Assembly (NCBI GenBank): GCA_037379345.1
Contig: CM074512.1
Coordinates: forward strand, 28,830,001 to 28,894,000
DNA length: 64,000 nt
Direction: 5' to 3'
Source: Perna viridis
Lineage: Eukaryota
Part shown: positions 1-11,271 of the stretch, piece by piece
Numbering within the stretch: position 1 is the first letter of the stretch
Layout of the letters: each line of letters starts with the position of its first letter
Notes under the pieces: model-generated
Database searches by the model: none
What the model was told of the DNA's origin: nothing
Seen by the model: the letters and a program-made list of their open reading frames with translations, nothing else
Translations under genes and position numbers: made by a program

Positions 1-10
1 CTTCAATCAA

Positions 11-191
11 GTGGTGCACACTAAATCACTTGCGTAGTAAATCATTTTCAAGTGTGCACCACAGGCATTGACGTCATCAAACAGATCGAATAAATATAAC
101 TATAGTATCAAGATTTAAGGAGTAAATCAGCAAAAAAAAATTGATGACGTCATTTAAGGAGTAAATCAGCAAAAAAGATTGATGACGTCAT
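11..191. repeat. Palindromic repeat end plus a 39-bp direct duplication
   Basis: Inverted pair gtggtgcacact...agtgtgcaccac at 11-62. tttaaggagtaaatcagcaaaaaa..ttgatgacgtcat occurs twice (114-152, 153-191). Confidence 0.6.
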
Positions 192-633
192 AGTCACATA
201 ACAAAATTTAGTCTTTAAGCTTATGGACAATTTTTATCCAAGCAGATAAATTATTCACCATTATGTTTTGTTGCTAGAAAATCAAGCAAAGCAAATCCTT
301 GCACTTACACTTTTTTCATAAATGATTGGTTGAACTCTCAATTCTCATTATACTCTAAAACTATTTTAAAAGTAACAAATATTTGTAAACATTATGAGAA
401 TACTTTAATAAAAAAAGTTTCAATTTTTGCTAAAAAAAAGTTTTCAAAATTTATTTTTTTTATTTAAGTGATAAGGGTAATGAACATTAATAACATTGAA
501 AGTAAGGTTCTGACTGACCAGAAACACAAAACTTACTAATCAACGACAACAAAATCTATTATTGAACCAAAAATATTAGTCTTATAGACAATTTTTTTAC
601 TTGCCAAAACAGTTAAACTAAAGTCTCTTTGAA

Positions 634-1960
634 AGAGAAATCAAGGGAACCAAGTTTATAGCGGTAATCAAAAGAATGTAATCAAGGGACAAAGACCAGA
701 CATGGAAAACAGACACACACAACAAAGAACATAAAGTAACTAAAATCATGCATACAAAGTAACAAAAGCAAATGAGCAACTCGGACTCCGCTTAAAAATG
801 GGAGCATGGATCAGGTGCACCGGTAGTGTAAGCGTCCTCTGCTTTTCCATAAACACCTGCCGAGTTGCCCATAAAAAGTCGTCCGGGGTAGACAAACTTC
901 TGTAGTGATGACTTCAATCTTGTAGCAACATAACCCTGTTCCAGAAGCCTATCTGTTAGAATTCTAGCGCGATACAAGAAGTCTGCGTAGTCTCGGCAAG
1001 CTCTGGCATAACGTATGAACAGTCCATACGCAGGTGCTGAAGGGATGTTGCCACAGATGATAGGAAAGTTGACAATTCTGAATGAAAAGTCATCACGTTT
1101 GTCGTAAAGTTTGGTCAATACCTTTACAATCGATTTCTAAGTATAGGTCAAGATATGAGGCTGACTTCATGGTGTCTGTAGTATCCTTTATCTCAATTTC
1201 TTTGGGGTAGATGCGATGTATCAAATCCCCGACATTAGGATTGTTTAAAGATAATACGTCATCTATCAGCCCCATAAGAGTGAAGGAATAGGTCAGCAAG
1301 TAAAGGAGCACAATTTGTTCCCATTGGAATGCTTGGCTGTTTGTTGAAAAACACGTCCATCACACTGGACAAATATGTTGTCGATTAAAAATCCAGCATT
1401 TTGTAAGCACCTTCCTCTGTATATTTGGAAGATGATTTGGAATTATTTCTTACAAAGTATGAGGAATCTCTACCAAGAACTATATATTTGTATCTAGGTG
1501 TACCATCTTTTTTGGAAAAACAACGATGTATAATGTTTTTAAGTCGGGGGTTTGGGGAATAGAAGTATACAGTGTTGAAAAATCATAGATTTTAACGCTA
1601 TTATATTCAAATAATAGTCTCCGAACTGATTGTCTCCAAAAGTTCTTTGATCTACATCGAATGAAAACCACTACGGGAGTAACAAGTGTTGTGGTAGGAC
1701 TGTAGACCCTCTTTGACAGTTGTGAGTATAGAAGTTAAAAGTTTTGAAAGAGGTTGGTGGTACATTCTGCAGATGCAGCTATGAAACGTTGTATGTATAG
1801 GTCAGCAAATAGAGGAGCACAATTTGTTCCTATTGGAATGCCGACCGTTTGTTGAAAAACGCGTACACGACACTAGACAAATATGTTGTCGATAAAAAAT
1901 TGATAACATCTTTTTCTGTGTATTTGGTAGATGATTTCGAATTATTTTTACAAAGTACAA
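634..1960 (-). mobile_element. Decayed Penelope-like retroelement (Naiad/Chlamys-type reverse transcriptase), fragmented and partly duplicated
   Basis: Minus-strand translation gives RT motifs in shifting frames: QRFIAASAECTT (~1757-1792), YDFSTLYT, IPMGTNCAPLLADL (~1290-1331), LIDDVLSLNN, SASYLDLYLEI and KLYDKRDDFSF.IVNFP. These are followed by a non-coding 3' tail (634-880) that recurs at 11528-11754 and 55599-55830. Frameshifts and deletions indicate it is inactive. Confidence 0.85.
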
Positions 1961-2851
1961 AATTAAATGAATTAATAAGGAGTCGATAGTTGAAATGTAA
2001 TTGAAAAAAAATCGAAGTCGTCGCTCTTAGTCATAAGGAATAGTTGAAAGATTCTCTTAGCAGACCCATCAACAAACCGCTCTTTGTGCGGACACGTTTG
2101 ATGTTTAGTTTTGGAATACAAAAAAGAAAGGCACAGAACTGGTCGACTTGATTCCGCCTTGTGCACTTAATTTTAATTTCCAGTTCTTTGTCAATCAATT
2201 AATATCAGGTCTTTTACAGAGTTCCGACCTTATCTGCAGAATCAGTAACAAATTTGTCATGAATGGTTGTAAGTGTTTCAGCAATGTCAGAATAATTGAA
2301 AATTAACGTAGCTTTTGAAATTGACGAATTTATAACGCTTGTTCGATTCGATTTTCGAATCAAGGATACACATAGAACGGTCGCTTAGTTCCTTCTTATT
2401 TAAATCAATTTCTTGCAAAGTGTGTCGAAAGAGCTACATTATTGTAGGTAGACTTATGCTGGACTTTACCCATTTGCAATGTGACGGAGTACTAGTACCC
2501 AGGATATCACCCCCAGTTATTTGTGGGAGTTAATACTAAAAGTGGTTTAATTTGTATGTATGTTGTCGTCCTCATCTTTAGTCTTTATATGTAGTTGTGT
2601 TTTATTATGTAAGCTTCATTGTGTGTGTATGTCGTCTTTGTTTCCTGCTTTCACTTTTAAGCCATGTGATTGGACTTTGATGTATCTATTTTGTCTTTCA
2701 ATTTGAATTGTTCTATTTATATTTGCCGATATGTATTTCTTCCTCGTTCCCGTTCGTTGCATCCATGTTAAAGTTCAAATTGGCTGCATGGTTTTAGTCA
2801 TAGATATTCATTTTCTTTTACTGAAACTTACCTGCAGTCTTCAACGTTCTT

Positions 2852-2960
2852 GGTGAGTGTTTTGCACAAAGTAGGAACTTCTCATCCTTCTGCACCACCT
2901 GTGTTCACCCACACAGTTTTATTGGGGTTCGTGATGTTCGTTTTTCTGATATTTAGTTCC
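2852..2960 (+). mobile_element. Degenerate 3' terminal segment of a second Penelope-like family
   Basis: gtaggaacttctcatccttctgcaccacctgtgttcaccc..ttttattggggttcgtg has the same layout as the PLE tail at 11528-11620 (cagaggacgcttaccctaccggtgcac...tttttagtggagtccgag). Confidence 0.5.
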
Positions 2961-5906
2961 TTTGATTTGTTTTGTCCACGGATTTCCACTCGCATTTCTT
3001 CCGAATCTTCCGTATTTCTATTTAAAAATAACATTTTTAATAAGTTCAGAAATAAATCGAATAAATAACTTATATGCAATTTCAAAAGCGGGAAAGCGCT
3101 GATTTACCGGTTATCCATATCGAAACTGACCAAAACATAATTTACATACTGATCCTGGCCATTTTATCAACAAATTGTCATTAGAAAAAATAATTTGCGT
3201 TACAACATTAACAAACGATCAAAATTATATTTTTTTTTTCATGGTAAACTTTCAAGAATGTCTTAAAGTGTAGGCTCCGCAATCTGTGTATGCACTTGAC
3301 TTGGTTTGTATGACTGATAGTTAATACAGGAACAACATTACATATATGTCACTTAAAAAGGCGGAAAACCTCAGCCAAACAATCAGATTCTGCGATTTGT
3401 AGGCACCAATCATTTTATTAACTGGGGGAGGGGCTGGAATCTTTAAAAAAAATAATAATGTTCCAAATTTTAGAAAAATGGGGGAAAACATTTTTTACTC
3501 AGCCATTGAAAGAAAATAATGATTCTATATTTTTCCATTGATAAACAAGGCAGATATTTAAATAAAAATATTGATTGCAGTTGCTGCTGTAATAATAAAT
3601 AAAATTTTTGCGCTTGCGCAAAAGAAAAATCCGACATTAAATCCCAGCCCTCCCCATTTCAGGTGCCTTATGCTGTTTGGGTAGTTAGTAATGAAAGAGA
3701 GATCACAGGTCAAAACTAATATTTTCCTGTTTAAGGTATTGATAAGAACTAGTGTTTTTGTATATATCACTAATGCTAGCTTTGATAATTGAGCAGAGGA
3801 CAACGAAAATGTCAAACTGATCTTAGTTCTAGTACGAAAAATAGTTGTTTTATAAAGATTATCTGACGGCAAATGGAAATAGTTGAACTACTATAAAAAT
3901 ATTAAGTATATATAAAACCCTTTTCGAATTTTCTGTATCTGAACGACAGATAGGCAGTGGTTTACCAAAATATCTCCAACGACGAGCGTATGAAAATGCA
4001 TTGCTTTTTAATAGTCTTTTTGCAAGGAGTGCTTATTTTCAGTACAAATTATTGTATAAAAAGGATTGGGATTCAGTTTAAATAAAAAAAAACACATTTT
4101 GTTAGATTAGACAGAAACAGATGCACCAGAAAGATACCGCGAGAGTTTGTTGGCTTTCGCAGTGGAAATTGTCACTTCTCTGCCATTTCCGCCACATTTC
4201 TGATTGCTGCAGTGCCTGATCCTTTGGGCTGATCCGCAACCATACAGATGTTTTGAGGTCTATAGTATATTTTAGAAATCGTTATTTCTACCGTTAGGTC
4301 CATTCAGAAGCATATGTCAAAAGCTGTTGTCACATTGGCATCTTCTACCGTTATCTTATTTGGGGGTCATATTGTACAGGTGCAAGTAACGACAGTCTGA
4401 ATTGTGAAATTTTATTCAAGAAAGCGAACGTTTGGAGCGATAAACGCTAGTAACTAAATTACGACCGTAAAAGTTAGTTCATTCATCCGTTCAGGATGCA
4501 TTATTTAGTGTAACAAGATTGAAACAGATGTCGTGAATATAAAATCATATTTTTTCTTTAATTCTGTCTTTTAAATTATCTTCATTCAATAAGCAGATTG
4601 GAATGACAGCATAACTTGCTTAACTACTATAGATATTGTGGCGTGGACTGTGGAAAAAGCCTCCAACCGAATTATTTCTGTATAAATCTGTAGCCAACTG
4701 CTGTGTTTTAAATCGCCAAACATTCCAGATTTTTTCCCTTTTTTATTGATTGACATTGTCAACGACTGTGTTGTCTGCCTTCTCATATAATGCTCTAAAG
4801 AAGTGACAAAATAAAATGTTATGCAATTGCTCTGCTGTTTCGGTATAATTTTGAGTATGGATGTGTGTAATGTGACTTTCATTGCTTTTGCTTACAATGT
4901 GTGTTTTGTTTTCGTTATTAATTTTAATTTGATATTTCATTATTTTTCGTTCTGCATTTTAGTCATTTATTTTGTGGTTCAGGACGGTCTTCTAGTCTCT
5001 GACTTGACCCGCAGAATTTCATTGTATTGCATAACATTATGATGTTCAAGTCAGTTTACGACATTTGTAACAGACAGTGCGGATCCAGGACTTTAGGTTA
5101 GGTGTAAATAGAATTGAAGGCCGAGCGAAGCCAGGTTATTAACGAAACCTTTGGTGATAATATCATTTGAAGATCAATATTTCATGCAACCAAAAATATT
5201 TTTGTCCAATTTTAGGGGAGGTGCGTACGCCGGGTCCGCCAGTATGAATACGCGCCTGGCAGAGAAGCCAAAATATCTTTTTTTCTGTACAATTCGTGTG
5301 AAGATGGAACGTAATAGTGAGTTAGCTTGTGAAAGACATAACAAAAGAAACGTTCAATGCATCGCTGAAAAATGGACAACGCGTCATTTTAAAAATCCTG
5401 AAGACATAACCACATTCAGTGTTCGCTTTAATCGTTTGTGGTTGTCCATATATATATAACTTTCAAATCTGAAGTTCTGTTTTATTTACTGTATTTTTGG
5501 CTTACTTTATGTTTACATGACTGCTTTTGATTTAAAAGTTTTTTTTTCCAAGGTCGGCTTTAACGGTGCATTTATTTTCTTTTTTTCTAGTTTTTATGCT
5601 TTTTTTCTAATGACCAGTATCGTTCTAATACTATGAGTTACTATTTATTCACGTAACGCTTGACTAACTTATAGATTTTCTTCATAAAAGAAGAAAGACC
5701 TCTTTCTGAGATACCTGTCTTATTTGAATATTTTTTTAAATATCTAACTGATGGGCGTGTTAAACTGAAGCGCACGACATACCAACCGTAAATGTGACGT
5801 TCCTCCAGGATACCACTATTTTCATTTCAATCATTTACTCATTGCACCTTTGAAAATGAATTTGATTGGATTCTGAACTAATTTGCATATAGATTTACTT
5901 AGGAAA

Positions 5907-8900
5907 ATGGCGTCTTCGGTAAGCGGGACCGTCAGTACTGCGTTTACTCTTCAGACAGAACCAGATACAGGAACATTCAAACGACGTTTTGAGGATGTAA
6001 CTACTTTTTGTTTAGATGTTGAAAATGGAAAAATTTTAGGAAAGTCTATTTCACAATGGAGTAAGTTTTTGGAGTTTTCATCTTCCTGGATTTTAAAGCA
6101 TGTAAGAAGAAATTCCCTGTCTTTTATACTAATCCCTGAAAGTTATATTGCATAAGTTCAACCATTTCTTTCGTTTATCAATACATACTGTTTAACCAAA
6201 AAAAGAAAAGTATAGATTCTGGAATCAAATTTCTGATTCATTTCTCTATGGTATCATAATGTTATTTCCGTTTTCCGCGTCACCATTACAGTTATAGGTT
6301 TGTAATAAAAATGACTGTGCTATTTTAGTTGCTTCTTTAAGAGTTGACTGAGACATCTTATACTATGTATCTGCAAAAAAAAGTGATAGCAATAAACAAT
6401 CTACAGCAACGGACTCATTGCACAATTTCAAAATAAAATGAAAAAAAAGCGCGATTTGCCATTCGCTGTCCAATTGCATATCTTAAGTTGAAAATTTACT
6501 CTTATTTTTTTTGTCCTCCCACTTCTTGGCAGTAAGTGTAATATAATAAAATCCTAATTCAAGAAATAATCTTTAAATTTTTGAAATATATATTTTTGAA
6601 TAAATGTGTCTGTCTTTTCCAATTAAATCAAGACATTGTTAGTAAATATGATATGAAATACCAAAAGTAAAAAACAATCTGTAAAGATTTGACAAACATG
6701 CTTGTCCCATATTGATGTGACCGGACGGTTTTTAGATTTGCAATTGTTACTTACGCTAGGATTGCAGGCAGCAGAGACGTTTTCTAACTTTTTACAAGAT
6801 CGTGACCGATTTATGAGAAAAAAAAATGCATGACTTTCATAGGTTTTATACGTTACTTGTTTTATCATTTTAAATCGGCAAAGAAATGCGTGAGAAATAA
6901 GTGTAGTTCTGCTCTACTGAACATACAATAAGAAGCTTTTAGCGAGTGCAATTTTATAAGTTTTGGCTTCCCTTCAATGTGCATTTACCTTTAAATCGTA
7001 ATTATAATATTTGTAAACCATCGTACATGTACAACATAGGTGATAATAGTTTACAATGAGTAAATCAAAATTGTCATCGAGATTCCTTCTTTCCGTCGAA
7101 ACACCGATCTTAGAAACATGTTGCCATTTCAAAACATTCAAAGTAATATGATGTGTTCTTTCATCTTTAAGTTAATCTTTTATCATCGCTGTCTTAACGT
7201 TTTACAGTTTCACAATCCTTTACCACCTTTGTCTTAACGTTTTACCATCTTACCATCTCTGTCTACATCTTTTACCATCTATGTCTTAATTTTTACCACC
7301 TATGTCTTGACGTTTTACCGTTTTACCCTCTTCACATCTCTGTCAAAACATTTTACCATTTTACTCTCTCCGTCTTAATCTTTTACCTTCTCTATCTTAC
7401 ATTTTTACTACCTCTGTCTTAACGTTTTACTGTTTTACCATTTCTGTCTTATCTTTTTCCATCTCTATCCTAATTTTTATTTTTTTTTTCAAGTTTTACA
7501 ATTTCAAAGACGTTTTACAATTTTTAAATTTTCAAATTTGCAACACAACCTTTCATAGGTTACATTTTACCAAAGCCGGCAAGACTGTTGCAAAACATAG
7601 TTTTGAGTAGACCGTCAAGTCAGTTTGTTGAAGCTGCTTTTCTAGGACGCAAACTGTAGTTTGATACGTTTTATTTTTGTTTGCTTTTGTTTGTTTTTCA
7701 TCACATTGTTGGTTATTGATATAAAATCAGAACAGAAGATGACAGTTCCACATCATTAATCTTTTTATCGTTGTAGTATGTGGTCTCGTCTTCTACCCGG
7801 TATTCTATATATGTCTTGGACTATTTGTAACTGCCTGTGGAAGTGTTGTTTATCAGACACTTAACTGGAATGTCCCTCGACTTAAGGGTCAGGATAGTAT
7901 TCTCCAATTAAGTCCGTGTAAGTAAAACTATTCGTTTTGGAAAAAGTAATGTAAATCATTTCATTATGCAAACTGCTAGTAGTTCATAAAGTCTGTGTTG
8001 TTTTCGTGACAAATGGATGTTTCTGTGAGTAATAAGCAGTTCACCTCTGATTATTTGTAGGCTAAAACAAACACTCAACAAGACAGAAGATATTATCATT
8101 GATCACTTTTTTTCAGTACAGTTTTATGGATTTGTTAAAAATTGAAGTGATCCTTGTTTTACTGAACATATTATAATCAACCCATTAAGTATAGCATAGT
8201 TTAAAACAATTAAAAAGTAAACCTTTTAATGTACATGTATATATTAAAAATGATGTACACATTGATATTATATACATCACCAATTGGAAGATACATGGTT
8301 TTTTATGCATTCGTTACATGAAATGTTTTAAAAGTACTGAACAATTTACTTTTACTTTCAGCATTAGGATTTCGTCCATTACCGTCAGTTGACATGACAC
8401 TTATCAGGTTCATCAAGGGTGTTCCAACTTCATATGCTCCACTACAAGACAATCTAGAGGCTTATTTGATGTGTAAGTGGTAACTTCTGCAATATGAGAG
8501 TCATATATTGCTAGCACGTTTTTGTTTGAAATATAAAACTAAAAGTTACTTAAAGGGACTGAAAGTCAAACGTTTCATCAGTTCATCAAAGCTCAAATTT
8601 TATTTTCGACATGTGATCCTACTTTTAGAATTAAAAGTTTGGTTTCGGAACCGCTTCTAATTCTCTAACTTTTGACGAACTTTGGTGAAAGTTTATATGA
8701 CTACATATAAATGCTCATGTCAAAGTTATTTCAATTCCTCTTCAGAAAGAGAGAAGAATGTTTATCTCTGAGGTAGGTACAAATATATATATTTTGAAAA
8801 AAATACAATGTCGATTCGTTTCAGTCTATGAGAACCAAAATCAAGTAACAGACACTGGGGCAATGGTTGACTGTAAAACTTATAACAAAAGACGTCCAAG

Positions 8901-10501
8901 GAAGGAATGGGATAAAGCCTGTAGATTCGAACTTAACAATCTAGGAACCTTGTGCATCAAACAACAGGCGTTTGGTTTAGGTGATGGATGGCCATGTGTT
9001 TTGCTTAAACTAAACAAGGTAAACTGTTGATAGAATTATTAGTTAGTTTCCAATAATCAATGGATAAGTCAAGCCTGAATCGATAGATTATTCATCGTTA
9101 TGTTTTTTTTCTGTACAGTTTTACAAAAAACACGCCTTTAAGTATCATATATTATACAATGAACTCATTTGTTAAATAGATATTACTTAAATTTGTGTTC
9201 TATAAAGACTTCTGATATTGTGATAGTGTCACTCTTATATTGTTTTAATGAGAAATTTTCTTAGAGTATATACATTTGTATCCGAAATCAGCTTAAGCTT
9301 GCTGAATGAATTGTATCCCTTTGATCAACACATCACAATCTATAACATCTTTTCAGGTCTTTGATTGGCATCCTGAAAACTATCACAACGAGAGCGAGAT
9401 TCCAGAAGAGATTGCTGATAGTTACGTGCCATATCATGTTAATGTCAAATGCTTTGGACTTGTGAGTACACCAGTATTATATAAAATGGTAGTGTTTTTT
9501 TTTTGTCTTAACATTTATGTTTTAGGTGTTATTTGTCAAACTAGGCTCGTATTTGCATGTAGTTTTACAGGGTATACTATAAAATTTAAATGTTTGGTCA
9601 GTGTGTTTCTAGTATGTCTACAATGAAGTCGTATATAAACAAGTGCAAAGTATCTATAAAAAAATCTAAATAATCCCAACTTCAAGGATTACCTTATTTG
9701 AATCTTGGTTCCCTTGATTACTCTATCACACAAGCCAGCTTGAAATTAAGAGGCAACTGGTACTCTTTCGTCACATGCCTAGACCTTAAACTTTACATAT
9801 ACATGGCACAAGATGTAGTATACTATGGCAAGCCAAAGTGGACAAAAATCAATATTTTGTAATATTAGAAAATATTTTTTTAATATTACAAAATCATTTT
9901 TTTGAGGATTGTGAGCTGACATATGTAGAATCATGCTGATATATAGTCCTCTGCAGGTTAAAGTTAAGGTAAAGTCCAGAGAAGCCATTGAATATTGTGA
10001 AATTAGCATAGAAGCCTATGGGAAGTGGAATTAGTGGTTTTTAGCCTAAAAACACCACTATTAAAAATACAATTTTTTTTCGACACGTATTCGGTGGCTT
10101 ATTTTTTTAATCCGTAATTGAACGTCAACTTGGAGACATATATTTATATGAATATAATACTAACATAATTGTTATCTTGAATTTTGTGTTTTAGAATTTT
10201 GTTGGCACTACCATCATCATTATATCTTGTATCTTATATATAAATATTTATTTACTTACAGACACCAGCAGATGAAGATAATATGGGAGAGGTTGAATAC
10301 TATCCACCGGGAGGATTTCCTTTCAAATATTTCCCTTTCCGTAATCAGCAAGGGTATAGATCTCCATTAGTGTTCGCACGTTTTGTTAACCCAACTGCCA
10401 GTACATTAGTAATGGTTGAGTGTAGGGCATATGCTAGAAATCTTAGGCGAAATAGCGTAGAACGAGCAGGAACAGTTCGTTTCGAAATTCTCGTAGATTA
10501 A
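5907..10501 (+). CDS. ATP1B: Na+/K+-ATPase beta subunit, paralog 1 (314 aa)
   Basis: Exons 5907-6060, 7777-7917, 8362-8472, 8825-9018, 9357-9461, 10262-10501. All introns are GT-AG and the 945 nt join in frame. Features: ILGKS..W followed by one TM helix, LGFRP, PCVLLKLNKVFDW.P, YYP..GFPFKYFPF.NQ.GY.SPLV, VECRAYA.N, G.V.FE..VD, six ectodomain Cys, N-glycosylation sequon NES. Confidence 0.95.
7180..7470. repeat. Degenerate ~21-22 bp pyrimidine-rich minisatellite in intron 1 of beta paralog 1
   Basis: Recurrent ttttaccatctctgtcttaacg-like units. Confidence 0.7.
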
Positions 10502-11157
10502 ATTCAAAATGTGTCGGTGAACTGACTATACTAAGTGCCTTAATTATGAAGCTGGTTGGATCTTGTGCTATTGTTGGAACATTTTTGTAATGATTACATT
10601 CGTGGTGGGAGAATGTTCTAACTTATTATTTGGAGAGGATTATAAACGAGACTAAGAGTATTGGTGTAACAAATATTGTGAGCTACTGTCCTCGAGCATT
10701 AAGTAGTGTATGATACTTAGACTATAAGATGAAATTTTATCTACTGCACATTCAATTATCTATCTACAAATTTTACGTAATAGCTAACTCAGCAATATTA
10801 GTGGTCAATTACTATGATGATAATTCAACTCCTATGAACCTCCTGTTTAAATGATTTTTGTTGTTTATTTTTTGCTTACCGATTTAATTATTTTTTTTTA
10901 GAATTAACTGAGTACATCAGTTGTCGGATCATTACTGTTTCCAGGCTGATTTGTTTCATGTTGCTTTTTCTACTTTTGTTTTAAAGTCGTGTTTTTTTGT
11001 AACAATTTTTGTACAAAAATGTTAATTTTGAAAGGTGATCACGGTATTGTTGTGTACCGTCCTTTAAATATTATTACATGTAATATAACTGATTTTAATT
11101 TGTTTGTTTACATTCATAATTTCAATTATAACCAGATGATTACACGATTATAACAAT

Positions 11158-11163
11158 AATAAA
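11158..11163 (+). terminator. Probable poly(A) signal of beta paralog 1
   Basis: First AATAAA I find after the stop at 10501, followed by a GT/T-rich tract at ~11202-11222. Confidence 0.5.
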
Positions 11164-11271
11164 AGAAAATCATATGATTCTGGGAAATCCGGAAAAAAAT
11201 CGTTTCCGTGTGGTTACGTTTTCAACTGGTTCCAATGGTCCTTTCGGGTAACCAGTTCAATTAGGAAGAGA

